From Thermacetogenium phaeum DSM 12270 (GTDB taxonomy: Bacteria; Bacillota; DSM-12270; Thermacetogeniales; Thermacetogeniaceae): a DNA stretch of 24,000 nucleotides. The stretch spans positions 55,942 through 79,941 of the forward strand of contig NC_018870.1 in NCBI RefSeq assembly GCF_000305935.1. Direction: 5' to 3'. The notes below the pieces were generated by a model, which had not been told where the DNA came from, searched no databases, and saw nothing but the letters and a program-made list of their open reading frames with translations. A program made the translations under genes and the position numbers. This document shows positions 22,280 through 24,000 of the stretch, piece after piece; position 1 is the first letter of the stretch, and each line of letters starts with the position of its first letter.

Positions 22280-23842
22280 CTAGGATTTCCGCTCGTATTG
22301 AAAGCCCCTGACCAGGACGATGGGGGTGCCGGCGTCGGCTGAGCCGGCGACCAGGTCGGCCAGTGTGCCGATGATGCTGGTGAGGCTTCTGGGAGTGGTG
22401 CCAAGCTCTTCCTTTGTCGTTTTCCCCTGTCTGTTCTTCAGGTACTCGAGGATCTCTTCTTTGGTGTAACCCTGTTTGTACAGGGTATCGACGACGAGTT
22501 TCAGTTTAGCTCCCTTGCGCAGTCCGGCCTCTTTCAGGCCGCTGCTTACCCCGATGGCCGGATGGGGATCGGCCAGTTCGTAGATCCCCGTGTCGGGGTC
22601 CTTGTAGGCGCCGTCTCCGAAGATCAGGACCTCTACCTCTTTGCCGGTCACGGCCCGGATCTTGTCTTTGATCTTCTCCGCAGTACCGTTGGGGTCTTCC
22701 GGCAGTAGCTTTAAAATACCCCCCTCAAAGTCGGAGACGTTGGAGCCGATCACTCCCCAGGGTGGGGGGCCTACCTCCTGGATGGTGATTACCGGAACCA
22801 GCGCCCCAAAGGAAAGGAACAGCTCCCGCAGTTTTTCCCGCTCGTGAACCGCCCCGATGCAAACGCCGTCGATGTAGCCCAGATTGTAGATCTTGAAGGG
22901 GTTGTTGGTGAAGATGATCTCCCCGCTCGCTCCCCCCTCTGCGATCATGCTGAGGTAGAGCTTCCGGTAATCCACCTCGGTTATCGGGTGGGTGAAGCTG
23001 TTGTTCCCCAGCTCGCCGGAGAAGATCACCTCCGGTTCATGGTAGCTGGGGAGCAGGGCGGAGAAGTCCAGAGTTTCGGGCTCGACCTTGCCTTGCTCCA
23101 GATACTCGTCGGCATCCACGATGCTCAGCCTGTGGTGCTCCAGAGCGACGGCGATCGCCAGGGCGCACTCTGCTTCAGGGACGTCCTGCCGGATGCCTGT
23201 GGCCTTGCGGGCGGCCTTTTGCAGATCGGCAAAGGTCACTTCGGCCACGGCGATCCTCCCGTCCGGCATCCTCACCGTGAGGTCGGCGATGCCCTTTCCC
23301 GTAATCTTGCGGATGCTGAGAATCTGGTAGCCGATCTCCTGCAGCTTCAGGGCGGCGATGATCTCCCTGATCAAAACGTTGAGCATGGGGGTGTTCCCTC
23401 TGGCTTCGTACAGGCTCTGCAGGGTCTTTTTCAGCTTCAGGCGCGTCGAGGCGAACTCCTCATCGATCACCTGGTTGCCGACCTCGTCGAAGGGAATGGG
23501 GAACTGGACGATCACCTTCCCCCCTCTGGTTGCCATGGCGATGGCCTTCAAAATCAGTGCAAACCGGTTGCGGCTGGCGATCGGGCTGATCATGGCGACG
23601 GTGCTGCCCGGTTTCAAGTTCAGCTTCTGGCGGATGTCCTCGGCCAGCTCGGTGCAGCTGACGTAGCGGTTCTGCGACCTGGCGACGACCGCTTCGGTTA
23701 CGCAGACGATGTCCCCGTCGGCTGCTATCTCCCTGACAGCCTCGGCAGTGATCGAGGCAATGTCGTCATTGGGCACGATCAATCCGATTTTCAATCCTAT
23801 GGCTGCTACACCGGTGTTTGCCGGCAGAACTAATTTTTCCAT
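22280..23842 (-). CDS. CofE (F420-0:gamma-glutamyl ligase)-family protein with a large central insertion
   Basis: N-terminal DGDIVCVTEAVVARSQNRY (cf. CofE DGD....SK.VSKAEGR). C-terminal half GSNVSD....LLPEDPNGTAEKIKDKIRAVTGKEVEVLIFGD and ADLVAGSADAGTPIVLVRGF (cf. CofE PEDPD..A..IR.....G..V.V...D and A.L..G...EG.PVV..RG). About 200 aa between the halves have no counterpart that I recognise. Confidence 0.6.
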   Translation of the reverse strand: MEKLVLPANTGVAAIGLKIGLIVPNDDIASITAEAVREIAADGDIVCVTEAVVARSQNRYVSCTELAEDIRQKLNLKPGSTVAMISPIASRNRFALILKAIAMATRGGKVIVQFPIPFDEVGNQVIDEEFASTRLKLKKTLQSLYEARGNTPMLNVLIREIIAALKLQEIGYQILSIRKITGKGIADLTVRMPDGRIAVAEVTFADLQKAARKATGIRQDVPEAECALAIAVALEHHRLSIVDADEYLEQGKVEPETLDFSALLPSYHEPEVIFSGELGNNSFTHPITEVDYRKLYLSMIAEGGASGEIIFTNNPFKIYNLGYIDGVCIGAVHEREKLRELFLSFGALVPVITIQEVGPPPWGVIGSNVSDFEGGILKLLPEDPNGTAEKIKDKIRAVTGKEVEVLIFGDGAYKDPDTGIYELADPHPAIGVSSGLKEAGLRKGAKLKLVVDTLYKQGYTKEEILEYLKNRQGKTTKEELGTTPRSLTSIIGTLADLVAGSADAGTPIVLVRGFQYERKS

Positions 23843-23886
23843 CGTTTTTATCCCTTTACATTAGTTTTGTTGGAAGTTCCACAGAA

Positions 23887-23895
23887 AGCATTATA
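23887..23895 (-). promoter_or_regulatory. Candidate extended -10 promoter for the cofE-like gene
   Basis: The minus strand reads TGtTATAAT (-10 = 23890-23895) about 48 nt upstream of the ATG. The -35 is poor (TTATTT). Confidence 0.4.
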
Positions 23896-24000
23896 ACACT
23901 CTTTAAAACGAGAAATAAAGGGGTGGGGGGCGTCCAGTTTATGAAACATCAGGCCCGCTTCCGCTCGGCATGGTACTCCTTTTGGAGGTGCTCCGCCCAG

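Noticed and set aside
23949-24000. Possible 3' end of a minus-strand gene (..WAEHLQKEYHAERKRA*, stop 23949-23951).
   Set aside because: Only 17 codons are visible at the window edge, so neither product nor frame can be confirmed.
1-24000. Scan for CRISPR arrays, rRNA genes, group II intron domain V, hammerhead cores and DnaA-box clusters.
   Set aside because: No regularly spaced repeats of 25-40 nt, no rRNA-like segments and no GAGCCGTAT..ACGGTTC-type domain V were found. The CTGATGA at about 11410 lacks the partner GAAA and stems. There are no TTATCCACA clusters.

Overview
GC-rich chromosomal segment that looks like a spore-forming anaerobic Firmicute (Clostridia-like; taxonomy is inference from gene content). 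The backbone is the conserved origin-proximal neighbourhood. In order: kptA (3' part), UPF0182 membrane protein, sspH, EamA transporter, phosphoribosyltransferase, small holin-like protein, cvpA, selD (in-frame UGA = selenocysteine), yedF-like gene, DUF951, rpsF-ssb-rpsR, gdpP-like, rplI, Lon-family protease, dnaB, then mntA-hepT and a cofE-like gene. Three things stand out. (1) A 3,150-bp segment (11523-14672) is bounded by perfect 15-bp inverted repeats and filled end to end by a translationally coupled three-gene operon: a small IS1634-N-terminus-like ORF plus two paralogous multi-HTH proteins that I recall as DUF1670-like. It has no recombinase I can recognise. It sits in the 3' end of hicB, inside an AT-richer island that replaces the usual rpsR-gdpP spacer. 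This is my best candidate for an undescribed mobile or invertible system. (2) A family of ORF-free, structured RNA-like elements occurs at 3623-3840 and in tandem inside an 826-nt intergenic region (8933-9758). The copies keep their helices through compensatory changes, and I cannot assign them to a known RNA family. (3) The selD leader has a T7 tract and a perfect 14-nt tandem repeat. No CRISPR array, rRNA or tRNA was seen. Many long antisense ORFs in the track are GC-driven artefacts.
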